From assembly GCA_028023455.1 (NCBI GenBank), contig JAQFVV010000001.1, positions 11,842,001-11,906,000 on the forward strand: 64,000 bases of DNA, in the 5' to 3' direction. The translations under genes were made by a program, and so were the position numbers. The stretch comes from Epiperipatus broadwayi (Eukaryota > Animalia > Onychophora). Of the stretch, positions 39,909-50,478 are shown piece after piece; the stretch's first letter is position 1, and every line of letters begins with the position of its first letter. The notes beneath the pieces are model-generated. The model worked only from the letters and a program-made list of their open reading frames with translations, did not search any database and was not told the origin of the DNA.

Positions 39909-40164
39909 CTTATTGATTTGCTTGGTTATTTCCTCACAATATTGGTATGGTATGACTTGGATTTAAATGGCTGGTCATCAAATAATTTATGTATTCTTGA
40001 AATCCTTCTATTACTCCTGGCACTTCGGAAAATATTCTGATGTATTTATCAAGGATGATGGATCTTAACTTGCTCTTATCATCACCCTCAATCCAACTGG
40101 AGTTGGTGTTCTTTGCTTGTACGAGTGCCTTGGAAATTTGGTTCTATGTAGTCAATTTTAGGTA

Positions 40165-40525
40165 GATCATATCTCAGCATCATATCTAAGACCTCATCAC
40201 TTACCCTTAGTACTTTAAGGAAATCAACTAGACAATTGTTCATGTGTAGGAAGTCTGCCCTGAATATGGCTTCATGAATGAAGCCATTTAAGGAATACGT
40301 TATATTGTTGGGTAACTTTTGCCTCGGAAATTTGATGCTAAGCAGTCAATTTTAAGGACATATCTCGGCATCATTTCTAAGACCTCATCACTTACCCTTA
40401 GTACTTTATTAAGGAAATCAATTAGACAGTTGTTCATGTGTAGGAAATCTACCCTGAGCATGGCTTCATGAATAAGGCCATTTAAGGAATACATTATAAT
40501 ATTGTTTGGCTAACTTTTACCTCTA
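40165..40525. repeat. ~190-bp tandem duplication in the protease region
   Basis: CATATCTC.GCATCAT.TCTAAGACCTCATCACTTACCCTTAGTACTTT...CTTTT.CCTC occurs twice in tandem. Confidence 0.8.
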
Positions 40526-43500
40526 TCCAGATTTGCTTTCAGGCCAGTTTGACCTTCCTGCTGTTGTACAGGGTCACATGGACTGATCTCAATGGTAGGA
40601 CTTTAACATTCATGTAATTTTGTTGTAAAGATCTATCGATACTATGGATATCTGGCTTCTAGGGTCAATTATTACTCTGATAGGCAAATCCTCAAGCAAT
40701 ATTTCTATCACATGGCAAACATTGCAGAGCATAGCTAGGTGTTCTATCTTCCCATGAATATGTCATATTGTGATTTCCCTGATCAAAAGTTTTTTGTTCC
40801 CCTTATTTAATATGGTTGCTTGGGATGAGGAATGGTCTCTCATGTACCCATTTAATTTGTTATGCTACTGGTTTTGATTGGAGTTTTATTTACCCCGAGG
40901 TCGAGGGCTTTAGTATAGTATTGGGGGTCTCAAATGTGTTTTTTGCCCTGCGGTTGTTGGCCATTGATCTTTTCTATTATTGATTAGGTTTTTCACCATT
41001 TTCTTTTCATTTTTGGTATTGGGTTGTTTTTTTCTTTTGTAGTTAATGGCATTGATGTAGATTTCTTCCTTTATTTTCTCACCAAATTTACCATTCATGT
41101 TTGGCTATTGATGTCCATACTATTAAGCAATTCCGCCAGCTTCTCAATGCTACTAACTTCAGTGCATATTAATGATTGCTCGATCTTAAGGGGAAGGTTA
41201 TGCTGAACTTTGCGAAAGATTAGTATCCAGGGTTTTTAACCTGGTGATGTCTCCTAAAGAATTTCATTGTTTCTCCTGATGTGTTACAGTACTTCTTTTA
41301 CATTATCTGATATAGTAATGCTTCCTGTCTATTTTCATTTCAAAAACTATTACTGGATTTGTAATCCTCACAAGTTGACGGGGTCTGGAACAGTGATTCC
41401 CACATGCCAATGCATCATCCAGCAAATGGCTGTATGCGATTATGATCTCCCCTTCTGATAGGTTCTGGTTTATCAAGAGGTACAGGCCCACACTCCTAAG
41501 ACATTCAGTAGGGGTTTCAATGGGTAAGCCTTTGAACACCTTCAACTTAAACTGGTTGACTGATCTCATTGTACCTTCCTTATATTAGACTGACTTGAGT
41601 TACATTTTCTCTAGGTTTGGTCTTCCAACTTCCTGGGTTTTTTCCTTTGACCAGGGCCTTTATTCATACTTACATGTTGTATGATCATCATTCCACCTTC
41701 TTCCTTGATTCTGATACCTATCTTATTATGATCACTTTCTTGGCCCAAGACCTTTTTAATGGGATTATCTAGTTTTCCCATGAATGACCTCCTTTCTTCT
41801 TGTGACCTTATCTCCTTTGGGTTATTTCTCCTGGTCCCTCTGATCCTTTAGATTAACCCATCTTCTAGAATCCCAATATGCTGTCAATTGATTCTTTTAG
41901 TTGGGCCTGTAAGTTATTTTGATTCTTGGTCATCTTCTCAAGGCTCTTATTGTTTAGCTAGATTTCATTTTCAATCACAACTTGTACTTCCATTAGTCTC
42001 TAATTATCCCCCTCCATTAACTTCATCCTCCCTTCTACATTGGTCATCGTATTAATCTGAGATATCCATGACCTTTATTTTTTAAATTTCCCCATTCACT
42101 TGTGATTCTTATTGTTCTGGTCTTTCCTTCATAATGAGGCTTAGGCTCTCACATGCTCATGTAATTTTCACAACTTCATTATTAAACCGACCTAGCCATT
42201 TTTCCAATTCCATCATTCTATTTGGACATTTGAAGTCCATTCTTTCAATTTCTCCTTACATATCTTTGACTTCATCCCTCAATTCTAAGGTTTGGTTACT
42301 AAGCCTTATGAATTGTTTTCATTTCATTATTCTATTTATTCATTTTATTTTCTAAACTGGTGGTCAGTATGACCATACCTGATTTCACTGATCCCATCCC
42401 TGATTTCAATCCAGCAAAATCTGCCTTCATTTGGTCCAATTTTCTGTTTTGCTTGTCCAACATTTGTTGCATCATCATCATAATCTGGTGCATGGGGTTT
42501 TTGTCTACCCTTTTCTCTTGCCTTTTCCACTGCCATCATTTTCTTTTGCGGCTGGTCCATTTCAGCTCCAATACCCCAGGATATCTTATCATACTGTTCC
42601 ATTATATTCTCTGAAATGGATGTTTCTATCTTTTTTACAGGGTGTTGCCTATCCTCTTCTAACTCCTCTCTGATCTCTTTCTGTATCTATTATTAATCTG
42701 TATTCCTTATCATTTACAAGTATCCTGATCTTTTTCTATTAGTTTTATAAGATTTGCTAGTTTTATAATGAACTACTTTTTTAACAATAATACTTGTTCA
42801 ATATCACAGATGTCCCTGCCTTTACATGCCTTCTATTAAGTTAATGTTTATTTCCTACTCATCCAGTATTTTAAGTTGTTATTGGCACTTTTGCTTCGAT
42901 CTCCAATTAATTGCCCAACTACTAGCTATTTTATTTTTTTTAGTTCATTTATCTGATTTCCACATTCCACACATTGCTTTAATTTACCTACCATATTATT
43001 GTAATATTTTAATTTCTTTGAATTTGGTATTCATTAAATAATCTTAATTCTTTTTGAGTGATGTAAAAATGCTACTTGTAGGTTCAAATTTAGATTAAAT
43101 AATCCCCTGGATTCAAGGTTATTACATAGTAGTCGTTTGTAGTGGTATGATGCTTATGGTTTTGAAATTACAACTTATCATTATATTGATTTTACAAGAT
43201 ACAATATGATAATCATCTGAGTTCGTGCCCAAACACATTGGAAGCCATTTGTAACGGATTGATCTGACAACCATCTAAGTTTGGGCTGATGAGTAATAAA
43301 ATGTTTTTTTTAAGGAAATGACCTTTATAAAGTTTTCCTTTTATAATCATTTTCAATAGCTTTTGGAGATAATGTTTTTTTTTATAAGATAATCAAATTA
43401 TAAATTGAACATTAGTTCATTTTTAAGCATTATTTTAATGTGTGTTGATAGTTTAAAAAAACATTTATCTATTTTTTTCTTGATTAAAACAATTCTGTTA

Positions 43501-44515
43501 AAAATATATATATATAAACAATTGTTTCTTTTCTTGCATATGAAGTCTGTCGCTAGCATGTTATTTATATCATGCTATATTCCCATTGTTTAAGTGTTTT
43601 AATTTCTAAGTCTCATTTATAATGTTTGTTACTGTCTTATATTAAATTGAGGAACTTGGTCAATTATAGTCAATAGAAAAAAAGACACTGTCATAATCTA
43701 CTTATAATTGTTATAATTGGTTTTTACATAAGGAGTATTAATAGATTAGTTATACTTTTAATTAAGTATGTTTTGTTTCAGACCCTCTTTGTTTTTAATA
43801 GATCAGGACGTTACTCTTACAATATATATTAAAATAAGGCTTTACTGTATTAGAAAATAGTTTTAAATCAATCCAGAAATTTATTTCTGTTATGGTAAAG
43901 TTAAAAATATTATAATTTCTGACTTAATAAGTGACTAATAATCATTTATAAATTTTGAATATAGGTTATTACATGATTGTTTTGAAAAATATAACTTATC
44001 ATGTAAATTTGTACAATATATATATATATTGTAACCGGACCCCCATACAACCCTTTTATTACAACAGTTGTAACAATTTTCTGATGAGCATGCTGCAGGA
44101 AGGAACTATCAATTGGCATTCCCCAATGCAGATGTTAACGCCCCCTACAACAATATTTCCTGCTCATCAGAGGATGTAGTACCATAAAGACTGGAAGCAT
44201 CTAAACATTTCTATGTTTGGTTTTCCAAACAGCGCCATTAGAGTTCCGTCTCACTACAACCTGACTTGCCTAGGTCTAGTTATGCCAGACGTAGCTCAGA
44301 CGGCATGAGATTCTCATGAACAAGTGCTATAATTGATGAGTGATGCAATAAAACAAAACAGAATTGGACAACTGGATAATTAAATTTAGTTTTTAGTAAC
44401 AATAATTTTATTAAATGACAATTAAATTGCAAGTTCTAACGAAGTTCATTTTTATCCACATGATAACTCATTTTCATTTCACTTATGAAAGAGTTAGAAG
44501 CAGTTCCTTTTTTTA

Positions 44516-45011
44516 TCAATAGTTCATTTACAAATTCATTTATGAGAAGTTTGGAAACAGTCTAATTCAACAATAGTTCATTTTTGAATTCCTTTATGAG
44601 AAGAAGCTTGGAAATATTCTAATTCAACAATAGTTCATTTTGAATTCATTTATGAGAAGAAGCTTGGAAACATTCTAATTCAACAATAGTTCATTTTGAA
44701 TTCATTTATGAGAAGAAGCTTAGAAGCATTCTAATTCAACAATAGTTCATTTTTGAATTCCTTTATGAGAAGAAGCTTGGAAATATTCTAATTCAACAAT
44801 AGTTCATTTTGAATTCATTTATGAGAAGAAGCTTAGAAGCATTCTAATTCAACAATAGTTCATTTTTGAATTCCTTTATGAGAAGAAGCTTGGAAATATT
44901 CTAATTCAACAATAGTTCATTTTGAATTCATTTATGAGAAGAAGCTTGGAAACATTCTAATTCAACAATAGTTCATTTTGAATTCATTTATGAGAAGAAG
45001 CTTAGAAGCAG
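44516..45011. repeat. 56/57-bp tandem array (9 units) in the 3' LTR
   Basis: Unit AATAGTTCATTTTTGAATTCCTTTATGAGAAGAAGCTTGGAAATATTCTAATTCAAC with recurring variants. Confidence 0.95.
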
Positions 45012-45273
45012 TCAAGCATTTATGATTTATACAGCATTTCATTATTTTGTGAATTATTACTGATTGGTAGACATTTAAACTCAGCAATTCTTGGTTTGTG
45101 GAGCATTTATCATTTGGTAATTGAAGCATTTATAATTTAGTCAAATATAAAGGTATATTCATACACATAAACTCTGTTACATTACCCAGATAGAAGTAAT
45201 ATGCAATTGAAGCATTTCTAATCCATATAGTAAATACGTTCAAATATTTTTATAAATAAATTTGCGTATAGCT

Positions 45274-45615
45274 ATTTCATAACTTCACTTTATAACGTAT
45301 GATAAACATGTTCTAATATTTTATAAAACAAATTCTATGTAATTATTTCATAACTTCACTTTATAACATATGATAAAGATGTTCTAATATTTTATAAAAC
45401 AAATTCTATGTAATTATTTCATAACTTCACTTTATAACATATGATAAAGATGTCTTAATATTTTATAAAACAAAATTTATGCAACTGTTTCATAACTTCA
45501 CTTTATAACATATGATAAAGATGTTTAAATATTTTTATAAAAATAATTTTTATGTAGATATTTCATAATGTCAATTTATAATTTGTGATAAAGATGTTTA
45601 AATATTTTTATAATA
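45274..45615. repeat. 71-bp tandem array (~5 units) in the 3' LTR; counterpart at ~49599-49940
   Basis: TTTCATAAC-type unit starts at 45274, 45345, 45416, 45487 and ~45560. Confidence 0.9.
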
Positions 45616-46730
45616 TAATTACCTTCCAGTTTTGCAGTCTAGTTTACTCAAAAAGAGGGCGGGTTATTTCATCTATTTAGCATTATCTTGGGAAAGTCAT
45701 GGCACAGCATGGAGAGAGTGAAGCCGCTAATTTACCCCATTATCATTATAATTCCTCTAGCAAAGCTTTCTTTTTCCATTTTCACGTTTTGTTAAAGCTA
45801 TATTTTAATGTGTCAAAAGAATTAAGTAATATACTTTTTTTTTAAAAACATTTAATATGTTCTGCCTCTCTGTGTAAGACAAGAGAAAAAAAAGTTCTTT
45901 TCTTCCGACGACGTGCCTAATTTGCCTACCAACTCATTTTCTAAATGGGGGAGGAAGGATCTTTTGAAAATATACACATCATTTCAGTGTTAGAAGTTAT
46001 AGATCAAACTTTTTTCAAATTTTTCTAAAAAAAAAATATCAGATACTTTTTCATACATTCGCTGTTTTTTAAGATGTGAGGGAAAAATAGTTTTTTTTAA
46101 AATATGTATCCATGTGAAACAAGCATGCTTGTTTCATTACTCCCCACCAAATTTTGGGATGAAATCACCTAGAAGTACGATTTCATTCCATATATACTAT
46201 ACACATCATCTCTCATTATTGCTTCTCTCTGGTTTTCGATGTGCTGATGAAATGGGTAATATGAGCCAGAGAAGTGAATACATGAACTGTAGCCTCCAAT
46301 GCCAGGATAAGTAGATGGCTAAGCACAAACTACCAGTACACACTGCCCCATGATGTCACGAGAAAATATCTCATTTTTAAGCACTACCTCTCTTGTACCT
46401 AGAAGCATCATCCAACCAAGAGTAGGAGCCAGAGAAAAAAAACAATTTGGCACTCAGCCAACCCTGCTCAGCTTCTGTGAGTCTTAGGGGCTATCATTTG
46501 GTCTATTCATGAGACCAAGGCCTATACATGAGACCTATATATACACACTGCTGGACTACTCTTGGAGCACAACATCCAGGTCTGGATAGTGCCGAGCATA
46601 TACTTTGGAGCATCATAACACAATGCATCCAAGCAGCTCCGCTCAATCATCCACCACCCCAACATGAAAAACACAAGTTCATGCATCACTACATCACACT
46701 CACAAACTTTTTCCATCAGCTATCTCTATT

Positions 46731-47204
46731 TTATTCTGAATTATAACTGCAACCTGGTTTGGGAGACTGAGGATCATGATCAGTTCTCCTATAGTCCTCT
46801 TTTGTATTATGAGGTGACATACTTCTGGATTGTCTTTTTGTTGAAAATTTATCATGTTTAACATTACTGTGGTGTCTTGCTTCTTCACTTCTGTATTTTC
46901 TTTGGAGATCCTTGTTACTGTTTGATCTTCTAATTATACGCGTCCAATATGGACCATGAACACCATCTGTGGATTTTCTCCTGTTCCTCTTCCATGGTGG
47001 TACTTCATTTTTACATAAAAGTTTCTTTTTAAATGGTTCTTCTGCCATAGTAATTATTTTTTTGGTATTTGTAAAGGTTTCTTGTTGCTTAATTTTTTTC
47101 ACACTGATAAATCCCGAGTTTTCAGATTCCTTTTTGGTGTCTTTTCCTGCGTAAGCAACTATATTTTTAATAACTGTCTTTATATATATTTTTTTTGTAC
47201 TCAA
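46731..47204 (-). CDS. Basic, low-complexity ORF overlapping the gag-like ORF in the +1 frame; possibly its frameshifted C-terminus
   Basis: 157-aa ORF overlaps ORF 47167-48174 by 38 nt across an A8 run. No recognisable domain. Confidence 0.4.
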   Translation of the reverse strand: MSTKKIYIKTVIKNIVAYAGKDTKKESENSGFISVKKIKQQETFTNTKKIITMAEEPFKKKLLCKNEVPPWKRNRRKSTDGVHGPYWTRIIRRSNSNKDLQRKYRSEEARHHSNVKHDKFSTKRQSRSMSPHNTKEDYRRTDHDPQSPKPGCSYNSE

Positions 47205-48174
47205 TTTTTGATTTGAGTTTATTAAGCTTTTGTTTATAATTTTTATATGTTACTATTTCATAGCATATATCAGACAATTTTTCTGAAACATTTTCTTCTA
47301 TATTGGACAGTTCCTTAGTTATATGAGAATTAAGTTTTTGACTATGTTCATTTTCATGTTTTTCATCTTCTTGAAGATCAGAAGATTTTAATTTTGCTTT
47401 ATTAGATTTATTTTCATCCATTTGAAACTCTTTTGCTGTGTTTGATATTTCAGTCTCAGCTTCTGTATATACTGCTTCTTTCTTTTCAATTTTAGAGGTA
47501 TATTCCACAATCAGAAGTTTTCCTGAAGGTAGACTGACAATTTCAAGATCACCCTTTGTAATTTCAATTTCTTCCTTTTTAACAATCTCAAATTTTGCTT
47601 CATCAGTACTAGGATATTCAATTTGTGATTCCTTTAAAATATCTTTGGTTGGAAATTCCAAAGTTTCCTCCTCATCCAATTTTTTAGACTGAATTATTTC
47701 CTTTATCAACTGGTTGAACTTTTCATTCTGATTTTCCACTGCTTCCATAATTTGTTTTTCTATTCTTTGGTTTACTTCTATTGCTTGCTTGTTATCTTCT
47801 TCTCTCTGTTTGATATCTTCTTCTCTTTGTTTATCTCTTTTTTGGTTATCTTCTTCTCTTTGTTTATCTCTTTTTTGGTTATCTTCTTCTCTTTGTTTGT
47901 CTCTTTTTTGGTTATCTTCTTCTCTTTGTTTATCTCTTTTTTGGTTATCTTCTTCTCTTTGTTTGTCTCTTTTTTGGTTATCTTCTTCTCTTTGTTTGTC
48001 TCTTTTCTTTTGGTCTGCTTTTATAATTTCCAATAACTGGACTAATGTAGACGTCTCCCCTGTTTTCTCTGATTCCTCGTCTGCTTTAGCTTCTTGTTTA
48101 TCTTCTTTCTCAGGAGGATCATCTATGCTTTCTGTATTCATCATTTTTTTTGTTTTTGATCTGGTTTTCATCAA
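47167..48174 (-). CDS. Gag-like N-terminal, highly charged protein (335 aa) with six 11-aa repeats (QKRDKQREEDN)
   Basis: Intact ORF in the gag position, downstream of the PBS units. Starts MMKTRSKTKK, resembling the MxTRS starts common in gypsy Gag. 33-bp DNA repeat. No capsid or zinc-knuckle motif seen. Confidence 0.6.
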   Translation of the reverse strand: MMKTRSKTKKMMNTESIDDPPEKEDKQEAKADEESEKTGETSTLVQLLEIIKADQKKRDKQREEDNQKRDKQREEDNQKRDKQREEDNQKRDKQREEDNQKRDKQREEDNQKRDKQREEDIKQREEDNKQAIEVNQRIEKQIMEAVENQNEKFNQLIKEIIQSKKLDEEETLEFPTKDILKESQIEYPSTDEAKFEIVKKEEIEITKGDLEIVSLPSGKLLIVEYTSKIEKKEAVYTEAETEISNTAKEFQMDENKSNKAKLKSSDLQEDEKHENEHSQKLNSHITKELSNIEENVSEKLSDICYEIVTYKNYKQKLNKLKSKIEYKKNIYKDSY

Positions 48175-48399
48175 TATTTTATTCTAGTTTAGTGGTATTT
48201 TTTTTATTTCAACTTTAATAAGCTTCTCTCTCCATCCACACCATGATTTTACTCCATCTTCTTTAAAATGCCTGTTTTATTCTCTATGCCATTCATTTTT
48301 GTGTTTTTCTTTTAAACTTTTATTTTTCCACCCTTCCTGAACAAATCACATCACTGCATCATATGCACTGTTCATATCACAGAATCGTGATCTGCTTAT

Positions 48400-48648
48400 G
48401 CCTATGAGTAGGCTAGCTAGATCGGACCTCACAGTAGGGTGGCAAATTAACCGGCCTATGCCAGATAAGGCCTCACAGTAAGGCGCCAAATGTAACCGGA
48501 GCCTATAGGTAGGTTAGCCAGGTAAAGCCTCATAGTTGGATGACAATGTAATAGGTGCCTATGGTTAGGCTAGCTGGATAAAGCCTCACAGTTGGACACC
48601 AAATGTAACTGGCCTATGAGTAGGCTAGCCAGATAAGGCCTCACAGTG
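48400..48648 (-). repeat. Tandem array of ~56-bp units, each LTR terminus + tRNA-Lys(CTT)-like PBS + hairpin
   Basis: Plus-strand units start with GCCTAT at ~48400, 48454, 48501, 48557 and 48612. The minus strand reads e.g. TCCGGTTACA-TT-TGGCGCCTTACTGTGAGG and CCAGTTACA-TT-TGGTGTCCAACTGTGAGG. Confidence 0.85.
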
Positions 48649-48839
48649 CTATAACTGATGAGTGATGCAATAAAACAAAACAGAATTGGACAACTGGATA
48701 ATTAAATTTAGTTTTTAGTAACAATAATTTTATTAAATGACAATTAAATTGCAAGTTCTAACGAAGTTCATTTTTATCCACATGATAACTCATTTTCATT
48801 TCACTTATGAAAGAGTTAGAAGCAGTTCCTTTTTTTATC

Positions 48840-49337
48840 AATAGTTCATTTACAAATTCATTTATGAGAAGAAGTTTGGAAACAGTCTAATTCAACAATA
48901 GTTCATTTTTGAATTCCTTTATGAGAAGAAGCTTGGAAACATTCTAATTCAACAATAGTTCATTTTTGAATTCCTTTATGAGAAGAAGCTTGGAAATATT
49001 CTAATTCAACAATAGTTCATTTTGAATTCATTTATGAGAAGAAGCTTGGAAACATTCTAATTCAACAATAGTTCATTTTGAATTCATTTATGAGAAGAAG
49101 CTTGGAAACATTCTAATTCAACAATAGTTCATTTTTGAATTCATTTATGAGAAGAAGCTTGGAAACATTCTAATTCAACAATAGTTCATTTTTGAATTCC
49201 TTTATGAGAAGAAGCTTGGAAATATTCTAATTCAACAATAGTTCATTTTGAATTCATTTATGAGAAGAAGCTTGGAAACATTCTAATTCAACAATAGTTC
49301 ATTTTGAATTCATTTATGAGAAGAACCTTAGAAGCAG
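48840..49337. repeat. 56/57-bp tandem array (9 units) in the 5' LTR
   Basis: AATAGTTC at 48840, 48897, 48954, 49011, 49067, 49123, 49180, 49237 and 49293. Confidence 0.95.
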
Positions 49338-50478
49338 TCAAGCATTTATGATTTATACAGCATTTCATTATTTTATGAATTATTACTGATTGGTAGACAT
49401 TTAAACTCAGCAATTCTTGGTTTGTGGAGCATTTATCATTTGGTAATTGAAGCATTTATAATTTAGTCAAATATAAAGGTATATTCATACACATAAACTC
49501 TGTTACATTACCCAGATAGAAGTAATATGCAATTGAAGCATTTCTAATCCATATAGTAAATACGTTCAAATATTTTTATAAATAAATTTGCGTATAGCTA
49601 TTTCATAACTTCACTTTATAATGTATGATAAACATGTTCTAATATTTTATAAAACAAATTCTATGTAATTATTTCATAACTTCACTTTATAACGTATGAT
49701 AAAGATGTTCTAATATTTTATAAAACAAATTCTATGTAATTATTTCATAACTTCACTTTATAACATATGATAAAGATGTCTTAATATTTTATAAAACAAA
49801 ATTTGTGCAACCGTTTCATAACTTCACTTTATAACATATGATAAAAATGTTTAAATATTTTTATAAAAATAATTTTTATGTAGATATTTCATAATGTCAA
49901 TTTATAATTTGTGATAAAGATGTTTAAATATTTTTATAATATAATTACCTTCCAGTTTTGCAGTCTAGTTTACTCAAAAAGAGGGCGGGTTATTTCATCT
50001 ATTTAGCATTATCTTGGGAAAGTCATGGCACAGCATGGAGAGAGTGAAGCCGCTAATTTACCCCATTATCATTATAATTCCTCTAGCAAAGCTTTCTTTT
50101 TCCATTTTCACGTTTTGTTAAAGCTATATTTTAATGTGTCAAAAGAATTAAGTAATACACTTTTTTTTTAAAAACATTTAATATGTTCTGCCTCTCTGTG
50201 TAAGACAAGAGAAAAAAAAGTTCTTTTCTTCCGACGACATGCCTAATTTGCCTACCAACTCATTTTCTAAATGGGGGAGGAAGGATCTTTTGAAAATATA
50301 CACATCATTTCAGTGTTAGAAATTATAGATCAAACTTTTTTCAAATTTTTCTAAAAAAAAAATATCAGATAGACTTTTTCATACGTTCGCTGTTTTTTAA
50401 GATGTGAGGGAAAAATAGTTTTTTTTAAAATATGTATCCATGTGAAACAATCATGCTTGTTTCAATATATATATATAT

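Larger units (their letters stand above)
36111..43821 (-). mobile_element. Old, full-length but decayed Ty3/gypsy LTR retrotransposon (~7.7 kb)
   Basis: LTRs at 43250-43821 and 36111-36751 (visibly diverged). PBS TGGCTTCCAATGTG at 43234-43247 (degenerate Lys-CTT type); PPT GGATGGGGAAA at 36752-36762. Remnants of gag (41303-41569), protease, RT (SPYSNPVVTVKK..RFCLDVRQLN; YVDD), RNase H and integrase in gypsy order. Flanks TTAT/ATAT. Confidence 0.9.
44030..50464 (-). mobile_element. Young non-autonomous LTR retroelement (no pol) with gag-like ORF and tandem-PBS leader
   Basis: Near-identical LTRs: 44030-46136 (complete) and ~48647-50464 (lacking ~295 bp of U5). ATAT on both sides; PPT GGTGGGGAG at 46140-46148; PBS-like units at 48400-48648. 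The internal ~2.3 kb has no RT, RNase H or integrase motifs. Confidence 0.88.

Noticed and set aside
44516-45011. 56/57-bp and 65-bp arrays, and the 48400 array, as CRISPR-like repeats
   Set aside because: Units are contiguous with no unique spacers, no cas genes are present, and the context is eukaryotic LTR DNA.
47752-48187. Plus-strand ORFs of 94 and 132 aa with hydrophobic repeats
   Set aside because: They are antisense read-outs of the 33-bp repeat in the minus-strand ORF.
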